Origin: Stramenopiles sp. TOSAG23-2
Lineage: Eukaryota
Length of the DNA stretch: 32,895 bases
Reading direction: 5' to 3'
Assembly: GCA_900128395.1 (NCBI GenBank)
Contig: LT649361.1
Location: 1 to 32,895 of the forward strand
Positions 22,710 through 32,895 of the stretch are shown here, piece after piece. A program made the position numbers and the translations under genes. Positions within the stretch are counted from its first letter, which is position 1. Each line of letters starts with the position of its first letter. The notes below the pieces were generated by a model. The model did not search any database. It was not told where the DNA came from and saw only the letters and a list, made by a program, of their open reading frames with translations.

Positions 22710-24071
22710 ATGGAAACACCAGAAAAAGTTAGTAAAAATACCAAAGCAAATATAACATCAACACCAAATTGGGATGGGTTGCAAGATGAAATTGAACGGG
22801 ATAAAACAAAAGATAAAAACTTAAAAGCACCAAGTAGTGCTACATCATATGGTTTTTTATTAGTAGCATTGTTATTTTATTTAACATCGATTTTTACATG
22901 TGCTTATTTAGCAATTGCAAAATTTGATAATAAAGTTAAAATTACATGGGGTTTGTTATTTTTACCATTATGGTTATCAAATGGTATAATAATATTTTGT
23001 CATTTAGGCGCAATTGTATTTGCTGGGCTTTTAATTGCAAATGTAAAAGCACGTTATACAAATGAACATCAACCGATCACGGTGAAAAATGCCAAACAAA
23101 TATTTTATTGGATAACATGCGAACCATTTTTTGGTGTATTACCATCATTATTTAGTTTAATATTTATCATATGGCTTGAAGTGAATTTATTTCATTGGGT
23201 CAACAATGAAAAAATACGATATCATTATTCCATGTTATTGCCATTGTATATATTATTTGCGTTAAGTATTTTACGTGATATATTTGGTGGTGATGGATCA
23301 AATTTATCGATGATATTAGTTGTTTGTTTAACTGTATTTTTCGTTTTAGGACCTAGTAAAGCAGAAGGTAATTTCTTTAAAACAGTTAGTTGGCAATGGG
23401 TTTTTACACCATTAATTATTGTATTATGTTCATTCATTTTACAAACATTATGGATCTTGTATAATGATATGAAGTGGCAAAATGGTGGTGGTGTTTGCGC
23501 ATTTAAATCAAAAATACAACGTTTTGGTGTCTTTTTGTATTTAGTAGGTGGCATCGTCACATTAGTTGGTGTTATTAATGTCATGCAAAAATTAACAACA
23601 CCATCAACACCGACTATTTTTGTACCTGGACAAGTTGGAAATGGTATCGTTTCTATATTTATTGGAATTGGTATTATATTTTTCGCATTATATGTTTTAG
23701 CATGTAATTTTGCAATGGTATTGAAAAGTACGCCAGATGATGTCATGCGTGTACATAAAAAATCCAATGAAGATACAGATAAAGATATGATGCGTCGTAA
23801 ATCAAAATCATCATTGAATTTCAATGATCATGAAACTGGTCATGGTGGTGCAGAAAAAAACCCATTACTTGATGGTAGTGGAAATGCAAATAATAAGAAA
23901 GATACTAATAATGATAATAAAAATGCTACAATTGAAGGTGAAGCAGATTGGATATTTTATGGACGTATGAAAATTATCCATCAAAAAAATCGTGGTACAG
24001 ATTATGATGAAAAAGATACAAGAGGATGTTTATGTATTAATAAATGTTTAGATAAATATCTAGATGTTTGA
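22710..24071 (+). CDS. Multi-pass membrane protein, TMEM185 / transmembrane Fragile-X-F-like
   Basis: About 8 TM segments with recurring motifs KFD..ITWGLLFLPLWL and VSWQWVFTPL, typical of the Tmemb_185A family. Confidence 0.65.
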   Translation: METPEKVSKNTKANITSTPNWDGLQDEIERDKTKDKNLKAPSSATSYGFLLVALLFYLTSIFTCAYLAIAKFDNKVKITWGLLFLPLWLSNGIIIFCHLGAIVFAGLLIANVKARYTNEHQPITVKNAKQIFYWITCEPFFGVLPSLFSLIFIIWLEVNLFHWVNNEKIRYHYSMLLPLYILFALSILRDIFGGDGSNLSMILVVCLTVFFVLGPSKAEGNFFKTVSWQWVFTPLIIVLCSFILQTLWILYNDMKWQNGGGVCAFKSKIQRFGVFLYLVGGIVTLVGVINVMQKLTTPSTPTIFVPGQVGNGIVSIFIGIGIIFFALYVLACNFAMVLKSTPDDVMRVHKKSNEDTDKDMMRRKSKSSLNFNDHETGHGGAEKNPLLDGSGNANNKKDTNNDNKNATIEGEADWIFYGRMKIIHQKNRGTDYDEKDTRGCLCINKCLDKYLDV

Positions 24072-24390
24072 AAAGGGTGGATCGTGAAATGAGATGATGA
24101 TTGAAGCGAGTGCATAAACGGTACTCGTATATATAAGTAAATATTTTTTATATCATAAATAAAATATCATTATATTAGAGATAGAAAAGACATGCGGCAC
24201 AGTTCAAACGATTTATAAAGGGGGTAGAGGACGCGCCAGGTGGAAAAACGAGCGAGGATTAAAATTAAATACATGTACACACATTCTTTTTTTTATTATT
24301 TTTTCACGCGAATATTTCTTTTATTTAAATTTTACAACACAACACACACACACACAACTTCTTTTAGACCCTCTTTGTATTTTTATTACA

Positions 24391-24969
24391 CTACAAGATA
24401 TTACATTTAAATGGCTTCTTTTTTGGCATTTCTTCTTCTTTTTCCTTTAACTTTTCCTCTTCAAACTTTCGTATTTCCCTAACAATTTCATAAAATACTT
24501 CGTGATCATTTATTTTTGTCTTTGCACTTGTTTCAAAAAATGGCACACCCCATTGCTCTGCCAATGCCTTCCCTTCCTCTGCTGTTACTTCACGTTCTGT
24601 TTCACCTAAGTCGCATTTATTTCCTGCTAAAACTATTGGTATATTATCATCATCTCTTGCACGCGTCATTTCGTCCATAATAGTTTCTAACTCTTCAAAC
24701 GAACCACGGTTTGTGATTGAATATACAAGTAAAAAACCTTTTCCATTCCTAATCCAAGAGTCACGCATTGCGTTGAATTCTTCTTGCCCTGCCGTGTCGA
24801 CGATGTCTACCGTTGCAGGTATCCCATCGACTTTTATTTGTTTTCGATAACTATCTTCTATTGTTGGATCATAATGTTCAGCAAAGTTATCCGTGACTAA
24901 CCGTAATGTTAATGCACTTTTTCCTACTCCACCACCACCTAATACATATATCAACATATTACCCGACAT
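24391..24969 (-). CDS. RAS: Ras-family small GTPase (Ras subfamily), 192 aa
   Basis: GGGGVGKS, effector loop YDPTIEDSY, DTAGQEEF (Gln61, so Ras rather than Rap), NKCD, ETSAK, CaaX box CNIL. Start is the ATG at 24969. Confidence 0.95.
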   Translation of the reverse strand: MSGNMLIYVLGGGGVGKSALTLRLVTDNFAEHYDPTIEDSYRKQIKVDGIPATVDIVDTAGQEEFNAMRDSWIRNGKGFLLVYSITNRGSFEELETIMDEMTRARDDDNIPIVLAGNKCDLGETEREVTAEEGKALAEQWGVPFFETSAKTKINDHEVFYEIVREIRKFEEEKLKEKEEEMPKKKPFKCNIL

Positions 24970-25442
24970 GATGTATATATATATATATACAATATATACT
25001 ATATCGATGTTGTCGTTGTTCTTATTTAACAATTGAAATAATGATCTTATTCTGTTAGAATATCTTGTTCATCATGTTATATACATCTGGACGAGCAGCA
25101 TTTACATTGTTGATATATATTATAAATAATACCACCACACAACAAAGGTTTTTTACTTCATTTACTTGTTTTTTTATTATTTTTTTTTGGTTTAGTATAT
25201 TATTTTCATACTTAATAAATTCGCTATATCTCCCGGGAAATTAGGTTTGTGGAAGCTGGAAATAGCATTGTGGTGTGGCCAAAGAAAATTGTATTATCAG
25301 ATATCAGAGCCGCCAGAAGAAAATAGGCTGAGAATGTACAATATGTTGAAGGTTGAGGAACCCGCCATGGGAATAGTACGTAATATATGGTGTAGATAGT
25401 GATATTGTAGTTGGTAGTATATAAATATATATATATTAATTA

Positions 25443-28400
25443 TTATACGCTTATCCACATCTCTTCCACTTGTTGATACCCGTTTGATCCATCTCTTTTA
25501 TATTGTTTTATAGCATATAATTGTGATTTCATATTAGAACTAAGTTGATTATTACCTAGGGACAACTCCTTTAATGTATTGTTTGTTTTTAATCCATCAA
25601 TAATACTTTGTATTCCACTATCATCAGTAATATTATTATTCTGTAGGTACAATATCTCTAATGTATTGTTTGTTTTTAATCCTTCACCAATACTTTGTAC
25701 ATCAGTAATATTATTATTATTTAGGGACAACTCCTTTAATGTATTGTTTGTTTTTAATCCATCAATAATACTTTGTATTCCACTATCATCAGTAATATTA
25801 TTATTCCATAGGTGCAATTCCGTTAATGTATTGTTGGTTTTTAATGCGTCAACAATACTTTGTACATCAGTAATATTATTATTACGTAGGTACAATCTCG
25901 TTAATGTCTTGTTTGTTTTTAATCCTTCACCAATACTTTGTACATCAGTAATATTATTATTGTCTAGGTACAATGTTGTTAATGTATTGTTTGTTTTTAA
26001 TCCATCAATAATACTTTGTATTCCACCATCATCAGTAATTAATGTCTTGTTTGTTTTTAATCCTTCACCAATACTTTGTACATCAGTAATATTATTATTA
26101 TTTAGCCGCAATGTCTTTAATGTATTGTTTGATTTTAATAAATTTCCTAACACAATAATTTGTTTATCGGTTACGCCACATTTATTCAAGTTTAATGATG
26201 TACAATTTATTATATTTTCAAATGGTTTCTTTTTTTGTAAATAATTTCTTTCAAATATAGATTTCATTTCATCATCACGACCAAGATTCGATAACCACAT
26301 AGATTGATGGTTTCTTAAACTATCGCATAATGCATTATGACCCTTTTCTGTAATCTCGTCGTTATCCTCAAATTGGAGCACTTCTAACGTTGTATTTGTT
26401 TTTAACATTTCACTTAAATATTTACATCCTTCATCACTTATATTATTTTCTGTTATATCTAATCGTGCAGTTTTCATTACTTTACGTTTTCTCATCATTG
26501 CTTTACATAGAGCAATTACACCTTCATCGCCAATATGATGTTTCGTAAAATCTATCTGGGTTGATAAATAATTGTTTTCAAACCACATTGTTACTGTTGA
26601 TGCGGGTAAGCCGCTTCCAAGCATCAGCATCATTTCATTAAATTCGTTGTTGTCAATATTATTCTTAAACACTAATTTAACAAATATTCTGAACACTTTT
26701 GCAAATCCAGTTTTACCAACTGAATCAATAACACCAATAAATAATGCAACAAAATGTTTATTAAAAAAGTCATCATCATCTTCTTCAAACACATTTTTCC
26801 ATCCAATTTTTATAAAACATTTACGTATTAATGTCAAAATACCAATACCAAATGCATAAACAATTGTATATCCAATAACCAAACATTCCCATCCTATTTC
26901 AAATCCATTTAAAAATTTCTCACCATATAAATATGGTAATAATAAAATTTTTGTTGAATAATCAAATAATTTTTCATTTGGTTTAAATCGTTTCATATAT
27001 AAATGAATAATCCATACAAAATCTATCAGACGATCAAAAAATAATATACTTAATGAATACGCCATGACAATTTGTACATTCATAGTTAAATTAGTTGGCC
27101 ATGAAAAGACTAAATTAAAATCAAAACTAATAGTAAATTGAAATGATGGCGTGAAATCAAATTCTATATTATATGTGTGTATATATTAATATTAGAAAGT
27201 AATCTTGTTAGATTTTAATATATGAGGCATGCAATATATGTATATATTTCTACTTACCTAAACGTAAAGTATCCAACATTTCTTGAAATGTTGCTAAATG
27301 ATCAGGTGTATAAATTGCAAAGAAATACAACGACACAATTGTTGATACAACAAATAAAACAGTCATAGCTTTTAATGTTAATAATTCAGTATTTTCATTA
27401 CTTTCATTGTTACTTTTTCGTACGTGATTTATTATGTCATCTTCTTCTACATTGTGCCATTTTGCTACCTGCTCTATGTTTTCTCCACTAAATTTCTTCA
27501 AATCCGACTCTTTATAACAACACAAACAACAGCGACAACAAAATGCTTTTCCTTTCAAAACTTGCTGCAAATATATATATAACATTAAAATTGTTAGTAA
27601 AACACAACATATTACATAAAAAAATATATTGAAAACAGAATTCATTTAAATATCCAAAACATAGAAAAACAAATACATATACAAGAATACAAAGTACTAC
27701 TTACAACTGGCAAATATAAAAAAACAAATGTAATTATATATACCGCAGGAATTATTGCCCATGATGTCAATAACAGTAATGGAAAAAATATTAATAATCC
27801 TATCATATAAATAACCCAACAGAAACTTACTAATGTTACATATATAAGAGCAAGCCAATCTAATTTAAATGGTTGTTTACCAGGCAATACACGATTATTA
27901 TAATCACTTAATTTTGCACTTTTCGTCCTACTCCAATGAAGATATTGTACTAATGGCATTGCTGCTGGCCACATTGATATAGAAACAGGTTTATATAATG
28001 GCATAATAGACATATGTACCGCACGACACAATATTTGTGTTCCCATTTCTTTCTCACTTGAAACATGTAAAAGTGTATTCCAATAGTCGACCACAAAATA
28101 AATAGTTGCAATAGATTGTGAAATATTAAATACCATAGATAGATATTGTCGAAAGTCTGAATTTTTTGTGGTTTCAATGTCTTCTTCTTCTTTCATCTCG
28201 TCTTCTTCTTCTTCTCCTCCCTCCTCTTCATCATCTATCTCAGGATTGAATATATTTGGTAAATTCTCTTCTAAATTATTTATCTTATCGTCTTCTCTAT
28301 TAAATAATTCCGGGATCCGTTCTTCAATACTTGCGATGTTATCCTCAGCAGACTCAAGAACATTATTTTTTATCACATCCACTACATTTGTATCGTTTTT

Positions 28401-29017
28401 GCCGTCAGTCTTTCCAGAAATTGTAGCATTGGCAGTATTTATATCCTTTACATCTTTTTCTTTCTTCTTTTGTTTACATCCACTACATTTGTATCGTTTT
28501 TGCCGTCAGTCTTTCCAGAAATTGTAGCATTGGCAGTATTTATATCCTTTACATCTTTTTCTTTCTTCTTTTGTTTAATATCTTCTGACAAATTTTGTTT
28601 CAATATGGAAGTGGCGCGATTCATTGGCGTTACTTTTTTATTACTAGAATTCGACTTTGTTTTTTTAAATGCATCAACCACATTAACTCTATGTCGTGTA
28701 CGATGCCATGTTTTTTTAGCTTTTTTCTTTCTTTTCTTTTTATCTCCACTATGATGTAAATATTCTAATCCTGCTTTGACTGGAGCTAATAAAATTAACA
28801 CTGCATTCATTGCAACAACAAGTAAACATGTCGATATTAAAAAAGATAGTGGGGATAAATGATTCATCGTATCAACACTTTCAATTGGTACTTCACATGC
28901 CAACGATATTGTTTTTGCTAAAAAAAATTGATGTCCATCAAATTCATTTGTATCGATAGGGATAGGGATAGGAATGGTATTGTTTGTTGTGATATTATTC
29001 ATTGTTAAATTATTCAT
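25443..29017 (-). CDS. Large multi-TM protein with C-terminal RNI/NLRC3-like LRR array; exons 29017-27705, 27564-27258, 27163-25443; exon 1 contains a 101-nt tandem duplication (~1079 aa if removed)
   Basis: Four ORF-track fragments join in frame. Intron 27704-27565 (GTAAGT..TACTAAC..TTGCAG, phase 0); intron 27257-27164 (GTAAGT..TTCTAAT..TAG, phase 1). Removing one copy of the 28375-28576 duplication links the 29017 and 28382 frames. Confidence 0.8.
28375..28576. repeat. Exact tandem duplication, 101-nt unit
   Basis: 28375-28475 = 28476-28576; frameshifts the LRR gene. Confidence 0.92.
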
Positions 29018-29151
29018 ATTTTATTAAAATATATTTTTTTGTGTTTTTGTTTGTGGGTTTAAATTGATTACAAATATTTTGCTTAATATAGAAGAATTTG
29101 TTTTGTTTTTACCGAACTGTTTTATTAAAAACTATGTTTTTGCATGTAGAG

Positions 29152-29361
29152 CTAGTAAAGATAGTAAAAATATATATTATTATAACTAGAAGAAGAATGA
29201 AGAATAACTGCCCCAGAGAAGATACATAGAAGATGACCTTTTTTTTTTACCTCCTTCTAGTAAAGATAGTAAAAATATATATTATTATAACTAGAAGAAG
29301 AATGAAGAATAACTGCCCCAGAGAAGATACATAGAAGATGACCTTTTTTTTTTACCTCCTT
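29152..29361. repeat. Exact tandem duplication, 105-nt unit
   Basis: 29152-29256 = 29257-29361 (CTAGTAAAGATAG...TACCTCCTT). Confidence 0.92.
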
Positions 29362-29844
29362 GCCAGCCTTGCTTGTTGGTTTTTTTTTAAAAAAAAAAAA
29401 GAAAAGCTGTTGTAACAACATTTAATAGGTAAAGCTTATACTTATTAACATAATAAATATGAATGTATAATTGAAATAATGCTATGTCTATAATCATAGC
29501 TTTGCAACCAAAGTTGCGTTGCATTTTCTACTATCAGTATAATTTTGAGTGAAAAATATCTCAATGAAAAACTACTATTATTACTATTTAAATTACGAAA
29601 ACGACAAATAACTTGAAAAATTAAATTATTTAATCTAATAATATCCGAAAATACGCATCTCGTAAAAATAATAATAATAAAAAAGTCTCAACAACAAAAA
29701 CAAAATAGTTTTATACATATCGATATATTCTATATATATATATATATATATATTTCGAAATTAAAATGTAGAAGGTAAATATTGTGTGTAGATATATGAT
29801 ATGAAGATAAGAAAGTACGATCGTATGTATATAAATAATTGAAG

Positions 29845-31758
29845 ATGTCAACATTGAAAAAAACAATAACAACATTAAAAATTCCAAAATATTGTGGTTT
29901 GAAAGAACTTGCAAAAATATGTAATGTACCTGTAAAACAAGTTATGAAATCATTAGTGACACGAAAACATAAAAAATATTTCATTGCAAATGAGGAATAT
30001 GTATTTTCAACGAAGAATGCTATTATATTGCCGTTTGAATTATCTGCTCAGTTTGTTGAAACAAATATTAATTATAAAGGAAATAATAAAAATAATGTTG
30101 CGATTGAAGAAGATACTGTTGACCCTATAAATATTATGAATGAATTATTATTATTGGAAATGGAAGAAAACAATAAGAACAAGTTAAAAAAAAATGTAAA
30201 ACAATTAAATGACAAACCAATAACATTTGAACCAAATGCAATATTACCACCCACTGTAGTAGTCCTTGGTGAAAGAGATCATGGAAAAACAACATTAGTA
30301 AATGCATTAACTGGTAGACGTGTACGAGAAAAAGGTGGGATAACACAACGAGTTGGTGCTGCAAGATATTATTTCAATTATTTTGAAAATAATAATGATG
30401 ATACACATAATAACCAAATCTTAAATCGAGAAGCAAGCATAACATTATTAGATACGCCAGGACATCAACATTTTGTAGATATGCAACGTGAAAGTGCTTT
30501 TAATGCAGACATGGCATTAGTTGTTATTGCATGTGATGAAGGTATAACCCCTGGTACGGCAAATGTAATGCAACATGCATTTGATGCCGATATTCCATTA
30601 TCATTTGTATTTACGAAAATGGATTTATTAATAACTGATGATGAAAAAAAAAGATTTAATGAAATTGAAAATTATTTAAAAACTACGTTTCCAAACTCTC
30701 CAATGACAACTTTAAATAATTTAAATGATAGAGCGAATCCAAATAGAGCATTGGAATGTGGAAACATGTTAACTACATGGGCTGAAGAAAATCAAATGTA
30801 TGTACGTTCTAATGGATATGCATCCTGTTTTGTATTAGATTCATTTGCAGATCGATCTAGGGGTATGTTACTTCGCGTATTAATATTAGAAGGAAAGCTA
30901 AATATTGACGATTCATTTGTTGCAGGGACAATGCATGGTATTATTCGTAATATGTATTGTGTATTTAATCAAACAAATCCTATTGTAGGTAGTGGTATCA
31001 ATAATTATCAAAAAAGTAAAAATAATTATAAAAATAATATGAATGATTCTAGTCATCAGATGAAATATAATACTACATATGAAGTAATTGAGGCAAAGCC
31101 TGGAGATGTTGTTGATGTTATGTTACGAGGACATCAAGGTAAATTAAGAAATTTATCGCCACCACGTATGGGGGAAGGATTCTTTGCATTACCATTAGAA
31201 AATAGTAAAAAAATCGTTGAATATAGAATCATGGAATCAACGTTAGAATTGCATAAAAATAATCATAACAATAATACAGTTAATACTAATGGTGATGATG
31301 GAATTGTAATACAAGATAAAGATCCTCAAGGCAATGAATTGAGTGAATTAATGAATCAACAAATGAATAAGCAAAATGTTGTTGTTGTTGATAATAATAA
31401 TGATGATAATGATAGAATGATGGAAAAACATTATCCATTAGTTGTAAAAGCGGATACTAGTAGTGGTTTATTGTCATTAAATAGTATAATAGATACCACG
31501 TCAATTGATGTTGTTGTTGGTGGAATAGGACGTATAACAAAATACGATATTGATGTCGCATCATTATATGAAACTATTATTGTTTCATATAATATTCCAA
31601 TCTCAAAAGAAATACATGACTATGCCATGAGTAAAGATGTTTATATAGAGCAAGGCGATGTATTGCCAGAATTATTGGAACGAATATTTCAACATTTTGA
31701 TGTTGATATATCTGATGATACAAAGAAAGTTATGGGGGAAGAGGAAGAAGATGTTTGA
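29845..31758 (+). CDS. Divergent organellar/bacterial-type translation initiation factor IF2-like GTPase lacking the C2 domain
   Basis: IF2_N-like LKELAKICNVPVKQVMKSL, VVVLGERDHGKTTL, GGITQRVGA, LLDTPGHQHF, FTKMD, domain II (GKLNIDDSFVAG), C1 (VVKADTSSGL..GGIGRITKYDI..IVSYNI), then stop. Confidence 0.85.
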   Translation: MSTLKKTITTLKIPKYCGLKELAKICNVPVKQVMKSLVTRKHKKYFIANEEYVFSTKNAIILPFELSAQFVETNINYKGNNKNNVAIEEDTVDPINIMNELLLLEMEENNKNKLKKNVKQLNDKPITFEPNAILPPTVVVLGERDHGKTTLVNALTGRRVREKGGITQRVGAARYYFNYFENNNDDTHNNQILNREASITLLDTPGHQHFVDMQRESAFNADMALVVIACDEGITPGTANVMQHAFDADIPLSFVFTKMDLLITDDEKKRFNEIENYLKTTFPNSPMTTLNNLNDRANPNRALECGNMLTTWAEENQMYVRSNGYASCFVLDSFADRSRGMLLRVLILEGKLNIDDSFVAGTMHGIIRNMYCVFNQTNPIVGSGINNYQKSKNNYKNNMNDSSHQMKYNTTYEVIEAKPGDVVDVMLRGHQGKLRNLSPPRMGEGFFALPLENSKKIVEYRIMESTLELHKNNHNNNTVNTNGDDGIVIQDKDPQGNELSELMNQQMNKQNVVVVDNNNDDNDRMMEKHYPLVVKADTSSGLLSLNSIIDTTSIDVVVGGIGRITKYDIDVASLYETIIVSYNIPISKEIHDYAMSKDVYIEQGDVLPELLERIFQHFDVDISDDTKKVMGEEEEDV

Positions 31759-31943
31759 TGTAAAGTCATACAACCACACATGAAATATCATATATATATA
31801 TAAAAAATTCTCTTATTTCATAAGTTAAAAAGATTTTATTTACTCATACTGTTAATATTCACTATATATAATGTGTAATTACCAGAAATAATATAATAAA
31901 TTGAAAGATATAACTAAACCGGAAAGACCTATATATATGATAT

Positions 31944-32217
31944 ATGTATGATATTGTTTTATTGAAAAAATATTTTTTGACCATGATATGCATATATTTA
32001 TTGACGTAAAGATACATTATATCTTAACATTTTTAATCTCTCCTATCACACACCCATTTTATTCAGTTTTAAATATTAATATGTATGATATTGTTTTATT
32101 GAAAAAATATTTTTTGACCATGATATGCATATATTTATTGACGTAAAGATACATTATATCTTAACATTTTTAATCTCTCCTATCACACACCCATTTTATT
32201 CAGTTTTAAATATTAAT
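31944..32217. repeat. Exact tandem duplication, 137-nt unit
   Basis: 31944-32080 = 32081-32217. Confidence 0.92.
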
Positions 32218-32808
32218 CTTCTTTCTTGTTCACATTTTTAACAATACTCTTACCAAAAGGAATATAATCCCATAATAATTCATGTAAATATAAAATCAAT
32301 GTTTTCAGCGTAGTATCAATTGGACCAAGACGTAATGCAGTTGCTATTTCTCCTGTAACAATATATGTAATGCCCATGGATAAAGAGACAGCGACAACTT
32401 TCCAAAAGGAATATAATCCCATAATAATTCATGTAAATATAAAATCAATGTTTTCAGCGTAGTATCAATTGGACCAAGACGTAATGCAGTTGCTATTTCT
32501 CCTGTAACAATATATGTAATGCCCATGGATAAAGAGACAGCGACAACTTTCCATGATAACATCTTAATCAATCGTTTCATTTGCAGACTTTGCAAGGAAT
32601 CCATCAACCATATTCTCTCAAAAATATAATAACAAACAAATTTAAATGCAAAATCTGGTAGACCAACTTTAATGGCAACATTCAAAGTTCCAGTTAATAA
32701 AAATGCAATTAATATTGTTTGCCCTGTAGCAAAAATTCTCCACGACAACGATTTAAAAAACGTTCTTTGCCTTGTATGCACTTCAATATTTTCTGTTTCA
32801 GTCGACAT
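32213..32808 (-). CDS. Tandem DUF2061-like membrane protein (~148 aa once the 149-nt duplication is removed)
   Basis: Two DUF2061-type units: KSLSWRIFAT...KFVCYYIFERIW and KMLSWKVVAV...KTLILYLHELLW. Removing the duplication joins the 32808 and 32422 frames. Confidence 0.75.
32253..32550. repeat. Exact tandem duplication, 149-nt unit
   Basis: 32253-32401 = 32402-32550; frameshifts the DUF2061 gene. Confidence 0.92.
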
Positions 32809-32895
32809 GTTGTTGTAGTTGGAAATATATAATATGTACTTTGTATTTTTTCCTTTCTTTTTTCTTCCCAGTCAGTCTTGTACTTTTTATTATTA

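Noticed and set aside
25540-26130. Diversity-generating retroelement behind the LRR variation
   Set aside because: No reverse transcriptase or template repeat in the window, and the adjacent AAT/AAC scaffold codons are not mutated as adenine-specific mutagenesis would predict.
25579-26244. 221-aa plus-strand repetitive ORF (also 8572-8880 on the minus strand)
   Set aside because: Antisense shadow of the LRR repeats.
27250-29017. Three independent small genes or programmed frameshifting
   Set aside because: Canonical introns plus one exact duplication explain all frame changes within a single gene.

Overview
Very AT-rich, gene-dense, intron-poor eukaryotic nuclear DNA, probably from a flagellated protist (a stramenopile-like assignment is tentative). 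About 19 protein-coding loci are present. Housekeeping genes include HMG-CoA lyase, LAMTOR2, SmD2, RPAC1/POLR1C, acetyl-CoA synthetase, MPP-beta, Ras and LRRC43. Only three spliceosomal introns could be reconstructed, all with GTAAGT donors. Main points of interest: (1) a TYW3/Taw3 domain fused to a methyltransferase domain with motifs of archaeal Trm5a (Taw21/22) rather than eukaryotic TYW2 or Trm5, a candidate single-chain methylwyosine (mimG) synthase; (2) an LRR gene family (a ~1079-aa multi-TM receptor-like gene plus a short internally deleted relative) whose repeats have a near-invariant DNA framework with four hypervariable codons, including one repeat lacking exactly the variable cassette; (3) a divergent IF2-like GTPase without the fMet-tRNA-binding C2 domain; (4) MITE-like inverted-repeat elements and a spaced-repeat array in intergenic DNA; (5) four exact 101-149 nt tandem duplications near the right end, two of which frameshift genes and are probably assembly artefacts. 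Family assignments rest on recalled motifs, not database searches.
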